Source: Methanobacteriota archaeon (lineage in GTDB: Archaea; Thermoplasmatota; E2; DHVEG-1). From it: a DNA stretch of 64,000 nucleotides. Shown here in pieces: positions 51,296 to 60,555 of the stretch. Position numbers and translations under genes: made by a program. Within the stretch, counting starts at the first letter, position 1. Each line of letters begins with the position of its first letter. Location of the stretch: contig CAVYNH010000006.1 of the NCBI GenBank assembly GCA_963769885.1, positions 544,001-608,000 on the forward strand. The letters are read 5' to 3'. The notes beneath the pieces were generated by a model. The model saw only the letters and a list, made by a program, of their open reading frames with translations. It made no database searches and was not told where the DNA came from.

Positions 51296-53131
51296 ATGAC
51301 CGGCGGATACACTGGGACAACCCTTATCGTTGATCTCTCGACACAACAAACCAGAAGAGAAAGCACAAGGATAGATGATGCCAAACTGTTCATTGGTGCA
51401 AAAGGCCTTGGTGCAAAACTGCTCATCGATCGCCTTCCTAAGGGTACCGATCCTTTCTCCCCGGTGAACCTCCTGATGTTTGGAACCGGGCCATTAACAG
51501 GGACGTCAGCACAAACGTCTGGCCGAGGAACAGTGATCACCAAATCACCACAGACTGGATTGTTTGTGGATTCCCATTTCGGTGGCGCGTTTGCCATGGA
51601 GATGAAACGATGCGGCTATGATATGATCGTGTTCTCTGGCAAATCGAAAACCCCGACCTATATCACCATAGCAGATGACCATATCGAATTCAAAGACGCC
51701 GCACACCTCTGGGGAATGGAGTGCCTGAAAACCCACGAATGGCTGCAACAAAATGAAGGGCGCGTGAAAACCGCGGTGATTGGTCCAGCAGGGGAACATC
51801 TCGTAAAGTTTTCTGCGATTACCTTTGATGGTCACCGTCATGCGGGTCGCTGTGGCACTGGGGCAGTGATGGGGTCGAAACTCTTGAAAGCCGTGACTAC
51901 GCAGGGGACGTACAACATACCACTGCATGACCCTCAGCAGTTTCAAGAGCTCTCAAAAAGAGTTCTACAAAAAATCCAAGAACATCCATTTGTCCCTATC
52001 CGAAGGGAATATGGGACGCCATTCTGGGTGAAACCAATCAATGACGGGGGGCTGCTCCCCACACAGAATTTTCAGGAAGGCGTATTTGATCATGCACAGG
52101 GGATTACCGCAGAAACCATGCAAGATCGTGTTGTCGACAAGGGTGGCGCCTGTTGGAACTGCGTGATTGCCTGTTGGAACAGATCCAGCGTGAAATCAGG
52201 GCCGTTCAAAGGAACCTCGCTGGTGGGCCCAGAGTATGAGACCTTGGCGTTGATGGGATCAAATTGCGGCGTCGCAAGTGTTGAAGAAGTCGCGTATTTG
52301 AATGAACGATGTAATGAGCTTGGGATGGATACGATCTCCCTAGGTAATGTGCTTGCGTTCACCATTGAATGCGTTGAAAAAGGTATTCTTTCAACAAAGG
52401 ATCTGTTAGGCATCAATATCGGCTGGGGGAAAACAAGAGAACTCGCTCAGCTGATAGAGGCAATTGCCTATCGGAAAAATGCCGCCTGTGATGCCCTAGC
52501 GGATGGTGTCTATATAGCGTCTCGTCGGTTCGGAAAAAAGGCTGAGCGTATCGCGGTGCATGTGAAAGGCCTTGAGGTACCAGGATATGATCCTCGAGGG
52601 AGCGTTGGCATGGGTCTTGCGTATGCCACCTCTGATCGCGGTGCCTGTCATCAGCGCGCGTGGACGGTGACCACCGAGATGAATAATCCAGAGTATCAGC
52701 GATTTTCTTTTACAAAGAAAGCGGAGTTGGTGAAACGGATTCAGGATGAACGTGCCGCTTTTTTTTCTTTGGTATTCTGTGATTTTGCACCTATTTCTGA
52801 GGAGGATTGCGTTGGATTGTGGAATCATGCAGCAGGTTTTAATCACACCGTTGAGAGCTATCTATTAGCGGGTGAGAGGATTTGGAATCTCATTCGACTG
52901 TTTAACCTCCGGGAGGGGATGAACCCAGGAACTGATCGATTACCACCGCGTTTTCATAAAGACGCTTTCACGAAAGGCCCTGCAAAAGACAGAGTCCTCA
53001 ATGAAAATGAGTTCAACAAAAGTCTTCAAGAATATTACGCGCTTCGTGGATGGAATGAAAAAGGGATTCCCACCAAAGAAAAACTCAATCAATTAGGGTT
53101 GACATCGTATGCGAAGTCCATTGGTCTGTAA
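51296..53131 (+). CDS. tungsten aldehyde:ferredoxin oxidoreductase family protein
   Basis: TKSPQTG, IGPAGE, AGRCGTGAVMGSK, CWNCVIAC, GPEYET, GMDTIS, YDPRG, DRGACH, YY.LRGW. Confidence 0.93.
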   Translation: MTGGYTGTTLIVDLSTQQTRRESTRIDDAKLFIGAKGLGAKLLIDRLPKGTDPFSPVNLLMFGTGPLTGTSAQTSGRGTVITKSPQTGLFVDSHFGGAFAMEMKRCGYDMIVFSGKSKTPTYITIADDHIEFKDAAHLWGMECLKTHEWLQQNEGRVKTAVIGPAGEHLVKFSAITFDGHRHAGRCGTGAVMGSKLLKAVTTQGTYNIPLHDPQQFQELSKRVLQKIQEHPFVPIRREYGTPFWVKPINDGGLLPTQNFQEGVFDHAQGITAETMQDRVVDKGGACWNCVIACWNRSSVKSGPFKGTSLVGPEYETLALMGSNCGVASVEEVAYLNERCNELGMDTISLGNVLAFTIECVEKGILSTKDLLGINIGWGKTRELAQLIEAIAYRKNAACDALADGVYIASRRFGKKAERIAVHVKGLEVPGYDPRGSVGMGLAYATSDRGACHQRAWTVTTEMNNPEYQRFSFTKKAELVKRIQDERAAFFSLVFCDFAPISEEDCVGLWNHAAGFNHTVESYLLAGERIWNLIRLFNLREGMNPGTDRLPPRFHKDAFTKGPAKDRVLNENEFNKSLQEYYALRGWNEKGIPTKEKLNQLGLTSYAKSIGL

Positions 53132-53150
53132 CACAGGTCTCTGAGGAGTA

Positions 53151-54320
53151 GTGCGAAACATGGTGAGCGTAAGCGAGGGAGCGAAACGGATTTATGGTGA
53201 GGCTGCCTTCGAAGTCCTTGCCAGGGCTCAAGAACTCGAGCGACAAGGGAGGCACGTGCTTCATTTTGAAATCGGCGAGCCGGACATGGAAACTCCTCGA
53301 AACATCGTCCAGGCGGGAATCAAGGCGATTCGTCAGAGAAAAACCCATTACACTCCCTCCGTCGGCATTGCGGAGCTTCGAAAGGCTGTGCAAGATGAGG
53401 TGGAAAAAACACGGAGGTTTCGCCCTGATTTCGATCAGGTCGTGATTACTCCTGGGTTGAAACCAGGTATCTTTTTTTCCATGCTCGCGCTTGTGAACCC
53501 TGGAGATGAAGTGATCTTTCAGGATCCAGGGTATCCCACCTACGGCTCTGTCACCGAGTTTCTTGGAGCAACAAGCGTTCGTATTCCACTGCTAGAAGAA
53601 AATGAGTTCCGTATGAACCCTGACGATGTTCAACAGCGGATTACACACAAAACAAAAGGAATCATCGTCAACTCTCCACAGAACCCCACAGGATCGGTCA
53701 TGACCCAGAAGGAACTCGAGGAGATTGCAGAGATTGCTGAAGAACATGATCTGTTTATCATTTCAGATGAAATCTATTCGAAGATGATTTATGATATGGA
53801 CCATTATTCTCCTGCTGTGAGAGATGAAGCAAAAGAACGTTCTGTGTTATTAGAGGGATTTTCCAAGTATTACGCGATGACTGGGTGGCGCCTTGGATAC
53901 GTGATAGCACCAGTGGAGGTGGCCCATCGATTAGCGGATTTTTTAGTCAGTGCAGTCTCGTGCACCGCTTCGTTTACCCAGTGGGCAGGTATTGAAGCTT
54001 TGACCGGTGATCAAGCCTTTATTTCTCAGATGATGACCCGCTTTAGAAAAAAACGTGATCGTATCGTCAAAGGGTTGAACTCCATTCAAGGCTTTCACTG
54101 CCTCACTCCTCAGGGTGCATTTTACGCGTTTCCAAATATCACAAAAACAGGGCTACATTCAAAGGAGTGTGCCGAAAAAATTTTGTCTGAGGCTGGGGTC
54201 GCCTGTCTTCCTGGGACGGCGTTTGGTCCTTATGGCGAAGGATATCTTCGATTTTCCTATGCGACTTCATTAAAAACCATTGATGAGGGGATTAGGAGAA
54301 TCAAAGAATTGTTTGAATAG
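53151..54320 (+). CDS. class I PLP aminotransferase (aspartate aminotransferase-like)
   Basis: IGEPD, THYTPSVG, NSPQNPTG, SDEIY, GFSKYYAMTGWRLG, GAFY, YLRFSY. Confidence 0.92.
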   Translation: MRNMVSVSEGAKRIYGEAAFEVLARAQELERQGRHVLHFEIGEPDMETPRNIVQAGIKAIRQRKTHYTPSVGIAELRKAVQDEVEKTRRFRPDFDQVVITPGLKPGIFFSMLALVNPGDEVIFQDPGYPTYGSVTEFLGATSVRIPLLEENEFRMNPDDVQQRITHKTKGIIVNSPQNPTGSVMTQKELEEIAEIAEEHDLFIISDEIYSKMIYDMDHYSPAVRDEAKERSVLLEGFSKYYAMTGWRLGYVIAPVEVAHRLADFLVSAVSCTASFTQWAGIEALTGDQAFISQMMTRFRKKRDRIVKGLNSIQGFHCLTPQGAFYAFPNITKTGLHSKECAEKILSEAGVACLPGTAFGPYGEGYLRFSYATSLKTIDEGIRRIKELFE

Positions 54321-54409
54321 AAGATAGAGGCCCTCCAGAAAATAAACATGGCGACATACGGGAATCTGAAGATTGTTTGGTGGAAAATCGTCAATCTTCT
54401 ATATTTTCT

Positions 54410-54462
54410 CCGAGAAAAATAGATGGGCCCGGCAGGAAGCGACGAGGTCAACAGGAGAAAAT
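54410..54462 (-). repeat. copy of tRNA-Ile2 3' end and trailer (att-like)
   Basis: TGGGCCCGGCAGGA (54424-54437) is identical to 55796-55809; preceding CCGAGAAAAATAGA resembles CCGAGAGAAAAAGG next to the tRNA. Confidence 0.75.
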
Positions 54463-54766
54463 TTTTTAGATTGTTTGCCGATTTTCGCTCAATCTAAATT
54501 TTGAAGAATGGTTCTTTTTTCACTAAAACATACTCTATTTTTTCTTCCCTTTTTCTAAATTTTTGATGCTTCTATTGGGAAAACCTACTAATTGTAAAAT
54601 GCTCCTAGGTTGAAGGATTTTTCACCAATTGCTAGACTGTTCTCCGAGGAAGTTGTTCGCTAAATCTTCAAGGCTTAGCTACCGAAGGCCGCAGGAGGGG
54701 AGAGATAGATCTACTGTGAAATCTCTGCATACAAATTATTGCCGTAAACAAGTATTTTTTCTATGC

Positions 54767-55210
54767 TTATACCAATCGATAATCCTCTTTAACCACCTCT
54801 AACACCACATGTGTGTTTGTTCTTTCTACGTACGGTATGGAAAGAACAGTCTTTGTAAATTCACTGAGTGTTTTTCTGTTCTTGAACTTCGCAATTGCAA
54901 CTGCATCAAATTCTCCTGTGACATCATACATTGCACACACATTGGAAATCTTGGCAATTTCATTTTCGACTTCAAGTAATTTTCCTTTTGATACGATGAT
55001 TTCCGTGATAGCGGTCAGTTCGTAACCAAGCTTCTCGTAATCTGTTATCGCCGAATATCTGCGTATGATTCCAGCGTTTTCCATTTTCTTTATTTTCATA
55101 ATAACAGTTCCGACTGAGACTTTCACTTTTTTAGCTATTTTCCTGTTTGAGACTCTCGCATTTTCAAGAAGATTTTTTAGTATATTGACGTCTGTCTTAT
55201 CCAAATCCAT
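54767..55210 (-). CDS. Lrp/AsnC family transcriptional regulator
   Basis: MDLDKTDVNIL..L..NAR.S...IA HTH, DYEKLGY, YDVTGEFD RAM domain. Confidence 0.93.
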   Translation of the reverse strand: MDLDKTDVNILKNLLENARVSNRKIAKKVKVSVGTVIMKIKKMENAGIIRRYSAITDYEKLGYELTAITEIIVSKGKLLEVENEIAKISNVCAMYDVTGEFDAVAIAKFKNRKTLSEFTKTVLSIPYVERTNTHVVLEVVKEDYRLV

Positions 55211-55255
55211 AATGAACCTCTGCCATTATACATATTTCCAATATTTATTAAATTT

Positions 55256-55271
55256 TTGGACAATTGTTCAA
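55256..55271. promoter_or_regulatory. near-palindromic operator candidate between lrp and the divergent gene
   Basis: TTGGACAATTGTTCAA, palindromic except for one pair, in an AT-rich divergent promoter region. Confidence 0.45.
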
Positions 55272-55356
55272 TATTTTTAAAAATAGCTTTATATGTATTC
55301 ATATTTATTAATGCTTTCAAAATTATTAACAAGAATCAAGGAGAGGTGAAACATCT

Positions 55357-55731
55357 ATGAAAACCATCGGGTATTTAGAAGGAACAGATCCGGAGTTCTT
55401 AACGACGCTTGTATGTAAGGGCTATCGAACGTTACCAATTGGGAACGATACCGATAACCATGGAAAAAACATCGCATTCATATCAATCGCAGATAAAATC
55501 GATCTCATCGTCGGATATCTCCACAAGGTATCCCCACTCCCAGGAATGACCAAATCCCTCAGCGAGTTCCTCACACCAGGGATTCTCCATCAAATACCAA
55601 TTCTCTTACTCGCCCCCAAAGACCTGTTCCCTGAAGCAAAGAAGATAGTATCAAAAGCGACCATGAGTAAAAATATCAAAGTGGTTGATCCAAAAAATCT
55701 TAGGACCGAAGCATTAAAAATCCTCCGTTAA
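55357..55731 (+). CDS. hypothetical protein (124 aa, flavodoxin/receiver-like alpha/beta pattern)
   Basis: Strong SD GGAGAGGTGA; motifs IGYLEGTDP, TLPIGN..DNHGK, DLIVGYLHK. Confidence 0.75.
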   Translation: MKTIGYLEGTDPEFLTTLVCKGYRTLPIGNDTDNHGKNIAFISIADKIDLIVGYLHKVSPLPGMTKSLSEFLTPGILHQIPILLLAPKDLFPEAKKIVSKATMSKNIKVVDPKNLRTEALKILR

Positions 55732-55795
55732 AACTATTCTATATGTAATTCAAAAAAGAATAGCAATCTATCACGTTTTTTCCGAGAGAAAAAGG

Positions 55796-55869
55796 TGGGC
55801 CCGGCAGGATTTGAACCTGCGACCAACTGGTTATGAGCCAGTCGCTCCACCGGTCTAAGCTACGAGCCC
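55796..55869 (-). tRNA. tRNA-Ile2 (anticodon CAU), intronless
   Basis: Minus strand reads GGGCTCGTAGCTTAGACCGGTGGAGCGACTGGCTCATAACCAGTTGGTCGCAGGTTCAAATCCTGCCGGGCCCA, a full cloverleaf. The GGGC acceptor stem favours archaeal Ile2 over initiator or elongator Met. Confidence 0.9.
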
Positions 55870-55931
55870 CAAGGAAAATTTCAGACCTAATCACACTGCT
55901 ACTACTTAAAATTTCTAAAGACAAACCACCC

Positions 55932-56582
55932 TCATAACCAGGAGACGACCCGTCGCGGATCCGGTCGCCGCACCGCCGCCGGCGTCTCACCCGCGTACCC
56001 CAGCAGACACCCATCCAACACATGCCCACCCATGGGAAGACCCAGCAGCCGACAGAACTCAGCGTCATCCGTCATCCTCTGCGTCGCCGTCACCAGCTGA
56101 AACCCCAGCCCCAGCGCCGTCGCCTCCAGCCACATGTTCTGCAGACAATGCGCCAGCGAACAATGCTCCACATGCGGGATCCCCCGCTGCTCACCCACCA
56201 CCAGATAATACGGTGCCTTCGCCAACAGCGGCACCTCCTCCCGGGCCGCCATCTGCAGCACCCGCAGGTACGCCTGGCCGCCCGCCTTCACCGCAGGGTC
56301 GCGCGCCATCTCCGCCTCCAGCTGCTGCCGCGACGCCACGATGCCGCGACGCAGCAGCGCCGTCGCCTCCGCCATCGCCGGGCTCTCCCGAGGAATGACG
56401 ATTATTCGGCGGAACTCCTCGCCGGAGACGCCGAGCCCCGAATACGGCGCAAGCAACCCCGCACGCACGACACGTTCCACCAGTTCCCGGGCCGGCGCCT
56501 GCGCGGTAAACCGCCGGACCGTCCGACGAGCCGCGATGATCTCCTCCAACACCGTCGCTTTATCATTCACCATAGCAGCCAT
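55932..56582 (-). CDS. nitroreductase family protein
   Basis: IAARRTVRRF, AGLLAP, LQNMWLEATALGLG, LLGY. Confidence 0.9.
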   Translation of the reverse strand: MAAMVNDKATVLEEIIAARRTVRRFTAQAPARELVERVVRAGLLAPYSGLGVSGEEFRRIIVIPRESPAMAEATALLRRGIVASRQQLEAEMARDPAVKAGGQAYLRVLQMAAREEVPLLAKAPYYLVVGEQRGIPHVEHCSLAHCLQNMWLEATALGLGFQLVTATQRMTDDAEFCRLLGLPMGGHVLDGCLLGYAGETPAAVRRPDPRRVVSWL

Positions 56583-56724
56583 ATCCAGAACTCACCTCAC
56601 GAATACCACGATTCACAAGACCTACGCCCTACTTATGCTTTATCCCGATAGAGAAATAGAAAAGAAGAGAAAGGAAAGGAGATGGGGTGGAAGGCCGTCG
56701 GCCCACCTCCTCTTCCCAAACGGT

Positions 56725-58596
56725 TTATCCGTACTGATGGAACAGATGCTCAAGCCAGGGGAAGTGGGTCAGCAGCCAGTCCCAGAACGGGTGCGATACG
56801 CCCTGGTTCACCGGGGTCTTCAGGGAGATCGGGATGAGGACGTAGTCGCTGCCGTTCTCCTCATTCACAACTTTCACATTACCCGTGAACGTCTGGTATT
56901 TCTGGGTTGGGGCAACGACCGAAACCTGGATGGTCTTCGATCCATCCTCAGGCTTGAGGTTATCGCCTCTTAACGGTGTGAACGTCCAGTTCCCCCAATC
57001 ATGAGGATAATCAGCGACTTTCCAATCCAACCGGGAGGTCGGATCGCCGATGTTTCTGATTGTGAAGTTGCCCGTGACCGTACCGCCGACATGCACATCC
57101 GTCCACGTCAGGCTGCTCTGACTGTCCAGGTTCGGATTAAGATTATGCAGCGGGCAGACAATCACTGCGGATTCCACGACCGTGTAGTTCGCCGTCACCG
57201 GGTACCCTTGAATGTACCACGTGCAGTGGATCCCTGGATCCGGTGAGCCGATAACAACATTGTACTGATCGTGCGAGACGTTCTTCGTGTCGTTATGATC
57301 CGTTACCCCAGGCGTATTCACGTTGAAGTCCGGGTCCGAGAACGCGATCTTCAGGTTCTGCGTGTCGACCCCGGCGCAGGTCACGAAATGCCCCGCGCCC
57401 TTTTCCACGATCGGGTTGTAGTACAGGGTCTTGAACGTCCAGTCGAACCACGTCGGCCCCGGGACCCCGTCCTTCCAGCCCATCCCAGGCGGATACGGGT
57501 CCCCGGTCGCCTGCACGTAGAACCACTCGTAGTAGTTCACATCAGGGCTGGGGACTTCTCGGACATCGAAGTAGTAGGTGCTGCCAGCAGTGAGGGGGAC
57601 TGCCGGGAATGGGAATCGGACCCAGGTTGCCGCTGCGAAGTAGCCGGGGTTAAGAGTTGAGGTTGCGATGGGCACCGCAGGCGAGGGCGCGTTGTAGAGG
57701 CTTACCCGGACGTCACAGGTGGCATGCGCTCCATTGTTATTCACGAGGCAAACGTCAATGGCGTCGAGACGGTTGACGCTGGGCACGAAGCTTTGGTAGT
57801 CCCACCAGTTCATCGGCTGCAGGTTGTCATTGCTCGACTGCACCACCGGCATTTGTTGGTCGATGAGGAGGTTCCCGAGGTTTCGGGTGTAGTCGCTGAG
57901 GAGCAGGATGACGTCCTGGCAGGCAGTAATATTCGCCGCGACGCTAGCGAAGGTCAGATTGCCGTAGGTGTGCTCGGAGAACATGCTGGTCAGGCCGGTG
58001 GTCGTAAACCAGTTCGTCAATGCGGTCTGCATGTCGCTGACGTAGGTGGTGCCTTTGCTGGTGGTCTGCATCGCACGGGCGAGGGACTCGATGAGGAGCG
58101 GGACGTTGGCCTTGGCGTGATCGTCGCCGGCGCCGTAGTTCTTCACGAGGTCGAACTCGTTCAGACCGTCGCCTGGCGTGCCGTTCGGATCCTCGAACCG
58201 AGAATCAAGCCACCACAGGCAGTTGGCGACCGCGACGGGACCGCAGAAGCACCATGCAGCGACGTCGTCGCCCGCCACCACGCTGTCAAGGTGGGCGTTC
58301 GGTCCGGGGGCGATGCAGTTCTCCGCGACGTTGAGGATGTCGTCCCCCGCGACCACGGAGTTGAGAACGCCGTTGGGACCAGCCGTGATCTTCTTCCAGG
58401 CATCCTGTTTCTGATCGAAGTCCGGCATCCCGCCCGGGGTGTGCGGCGCGTAGTTGGGGTACGGCGGCTTCCAGTACCAGCCCCGTGCCATGTCTTTAGG
58501 TCCAACGCTGAGTGCGATCGGCATCCCCGAAACGAGGAGGACGCTGATAAGCAGCATGCTAACAACTATCTTTTTCTGTGTCTGATGGTAGACCAT
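56725..58596 (-). CDS. secreted protein with putative papain-like/C39-like cysteine peptidase core and amphipathic C-terminal tail
   Basis: Signal peptide; PDFDQKQ, FCGPVAVANCLWW (Cys), GHFVTCAG (His), SDPD; Ig-like domain; tail HPFWDWLLTHFPWLEHLF. Confidence 0.7.
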   Translation of the reverse strand: MVYHQTQKKIVVSMLLISVLLVSGMPIALSVGPKDMARGWYWKPPYPNYAPHTPGGMPDFDQKQDAWKKITAGPNGVLNSVVAGDDILNVAENCIAPGPNAHLDSVVAGDDVAAWCFCGPVAVANCLWWLDSRFEDPNGTPGDGLNEFDLVKNYGAGDDHAKANVPLLIESLARAMQTTSKGTTYVSDMQTALTNWFTTTGLTSMFSEHTYGNLTFASVAANITACQDVILLLSDYTRNLGNLLIDQQMPVVQSSNDNLQPMNWWDYQSFVPSVNRLDAIDVCLVNNNGAHATCDVRVSLYNAPSPAVPIATSTLNPGYFAAATWVRFPFPAVPLTAGSTYYFDVREVPSPDVNYYEWFYVQATGDPYPPGMGWKDGVPGPTWFDWTFKTLYYNPIVEKGAGHFVTCAGVDTQNLKIAFSDPDFNVNTPGVTDHNDTKNVSHDQYNVVIGSPDPGIHCTWYIQGYPVTANYTVVESAVIVCPLHNLNPNLDSQSSLTWTDVHVGGTVTGNFTIRNIGDPTSRLDWKVADYPHDWGNWTFTPLRGDNLKPEDGSKTIQVSVVAPTQKYQTFTGNVKVVNEENGSDYVLIPISLKTPVNQGVSHPFWDWLLTHFPWLEHLFHQYG

Positions 58597-58855
58597 CTTA
58601 ATTGCCTCCCTATACAATACCTTTTACTAATACGCTTATAATATAATAAACTTTTCACCCGCCTTCGTCAGGCGCCGAAAAAACGCCCTGAAAACGCAAC
58701 GTCCTGTGACAAGCGACGAAAAAATCTCCCTGTGACGTCCTCCGAGCAGATATTTAAACCAGAACCTCCCCCATCCAGGAAGCCACCCCCGCCGCGGGAG
58801 CCGGCAGAAAGAAAGATTAATACCCGCCCGCGCACTGCCACCCACACGGACCATC

Positions 58856-59884
58856 ATGCGGGAGCTGCCGACCCTTGCGAAATACCCCTTCCTCTCTGAG
58901 ACACGCCAGTACATCAAAGACCACGGCCCTGCCATCCCCGACCTCCTCCACAACCTGCCCTACGAACGCGCCCGCCTCACCAGCATCGAACGCCTCGACA
59001 ACGCCCTCAAAGACAGTGACGTCGGCGAACGCAGCCTCGCCACCGACGCCGACTGCATCATGGAGATCCTCAGCTACCCCCTCGCCCGCATGATCACCGC
59101 GTGCATCAACGACCCCTATTTCAAACGCCGCTACGCCCTCGGCGAAGCCTACCACACCTACAAATACCTCCTCACCGAGCCCACCTCCTTCCTCGCCGCC
59201 ATCGCCATCGAACTTGGCCTCCACGTCCACTACACCCCCGAGACCCGCCTCCAACTCCATTTCAAAGACTACCTCAGGTACGCCCCCACCACCTACAAAG
59301 AATGGAAGATGGTCAACCGCGAACTCACCAAAGGCTATGTCGCCCTCTCACACAAAGACCTCACCAGAGTCGTCCAAGAGACTCTCCGAGCCCGCATCAA
59401 CACCGAGCTCGCCGACCGCCCCTGCGACGACGACGTCACCCGCGCCTTCGCCGACGACATCCGTCGCCTCCAAGCCGTCCTGCAGCAACGCCACCAGCGC
59501 CAGGACGCCGCCCCCGTCGGCACACTCCAACCTTCCTGCCTCCCCCCCTGCATGACCGACCTCCTCGTCGCCACCCAAGCCGGCGAGAACGTCCCCCACA
59601 TGGGCCGCTTCGCCCTCGTCGCCTTCTTCAACAGCCTCAAACTCAGCCCCGCCGACATCCAACGCCTCTTCAGCACCGCCCCCGACTTCGAAGAAGAAAA
59701 AACCCGCTACCAGATTGACCACATCACCGGCGCAACCAGCAGCACCTCGTACAAATGCCCCGGCTGCGACAAGATGCGGACCTACGGCATCTGCCCCATC
59801 GACAAGATGGACGGCCTCTGCCGTCGAATCCGCCACCCCCTCAACTACTACACCGCCAAATGGCGCCAGGAGCAGCATAAATGA
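58856..59884 (+). CDS. priL: DNA primase large subunit
   Basis: AKYPFL, SYPLARM, WKMVNR, PPCM, H.GRF, FEEEKTRYQIDHI, Y.CPGC..MRTYGIC, HPLNYY. Confidence 0.95.
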   Translation: MRELPTLAKYPFLSETRQYIKDHGPAIPDLLHNLPYERARLTSIERLDNALKDSDVGERSLATDADCIMEILSYPLARMITACINDPYFKRRYALGEAYHTYKYLLTEPTSFLAAIAIELGLHVHYTPETRLQLHFKDYLRYAPTTYKEWKMVNRELTKGYVALSHKDLTRVVQETLRARINTELADRPCDDDVTRAFADDIRRLQAVLQQRHQRQDAAPVGTLQPSCLPPCMTDLLVATQAGENVPHMGRFALVAFFNSLKLSPADIQRLFSTAPDFEEEKTRYQIDHITGATSSTSYKCPGCDKMRTYGICPIDKMDGLCRRIRHPLNYYTAKWRQEQHK

Positions 59885-60480
59885 GCCTTTTCATCACCTT
59901 CGAAGGAATTGACGGCTCCGGGAAATCAACCATCAGCCGCCGTGTACACCAATTGCTCTGGGACCGCGGCATTACCAGCATCCTGACCGTTGAGCCCACC
60001 AAGACCCAGATAGGCGAGTTCGTCAACACCTGCATCCGCACCGACGCCGACCCCTCGCTCACCGCGTTTGCCTTCATCGCCGATCGCATCCAGCACTGCG
60101 CCCAAATCAAAGGCTGGCTCGCCGACGGCGCCGTCGTCCTCTGCGATCGCTACGCCGAATCCACCTACGCCTACCAAGGCGCCCAGCTCCAGGGCACCAT
60201 GCGCCGCCCGATCCATTGGCTGCAGGACCTCTCCAAAGGCCGCATCCTGACCCCTGATCGGACCTTCCTCTTCGTCATCCGCCCCGCGGCGGCGCTCACC
60301 CGCATCCAGCAGCGCCCTGAGCTCATCCCCTTCGAACGCCAGGCGTTCCTTGAACGCGTGCACCGCAACTACCTGCGTCTCTGCACCGGGCCCCGGTTCA
60401 CCCGCCTGGATGCCACCCAACCCGTCGAGCCACTCGCCGACGCCTGCGTCGATGCGATCCTCGCAGAAACACACCAATGA
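59881..60480 (+). CDS. tmk: thymidylate kinase
   Basis: FITFEGIDGSGKST, EPT, ADR..H, CDRY..ST.AYQG; ATGA overlap with priL. Confidence 0.95.
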   Translation: MSLFITFEGIDGSGKSTISRRVHQLLWDRGITSILTVEPTKTQIGEFVNTCIRTDADPSLTAFAFIADRIQHCAQIKGWLADGAVVLCDRYAESTYAYQGAQLQGTMRRPIHWLQDLSKGRILTPDRTFLFVIRPAAALTRIQQRPELIPFERQAFLERVHRNYLRLCTGPRFTRLDATQPVEPLADACVDAILAETHQ

Positions 60481-60514
60481 AAAATAACATATTTGATATG
60501 AAAATTAGACTCAC

Positions 60515-60538
60515 GTTTATATCACATTTGATATAAAC
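60515..60538. promoter_or_regulatory. perfect inverted repeat (operator candidate) upstream of the HAD gene
   Basis: GTTTATATCA-catt-TGATATAAAC, 10-bp arms. Confidence 0.55.
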
Positions 60539-60555
60539 TATGATGGAGCCCCGCT

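Larger units (their letters stand above)
48738..54462. mobile_element. integrase-free accessory cassette bounded by tRNA-3'-end-like direct repeats
   Basis: Visibly AT-richer than its flanks, direct repeats at both ends, next to tRNA-Ile2; no mobility gene inside. Confidence 0.5.

Noticed and set aside
55796-55869. tRNA-Met assignment from the CAU anticodon
   Set aside because: Lacks the initiator A1-U72 pair and the GGG/CCC anticodon stem; the acceptor stem is Ile-like. Ile2 preferred but not proven.
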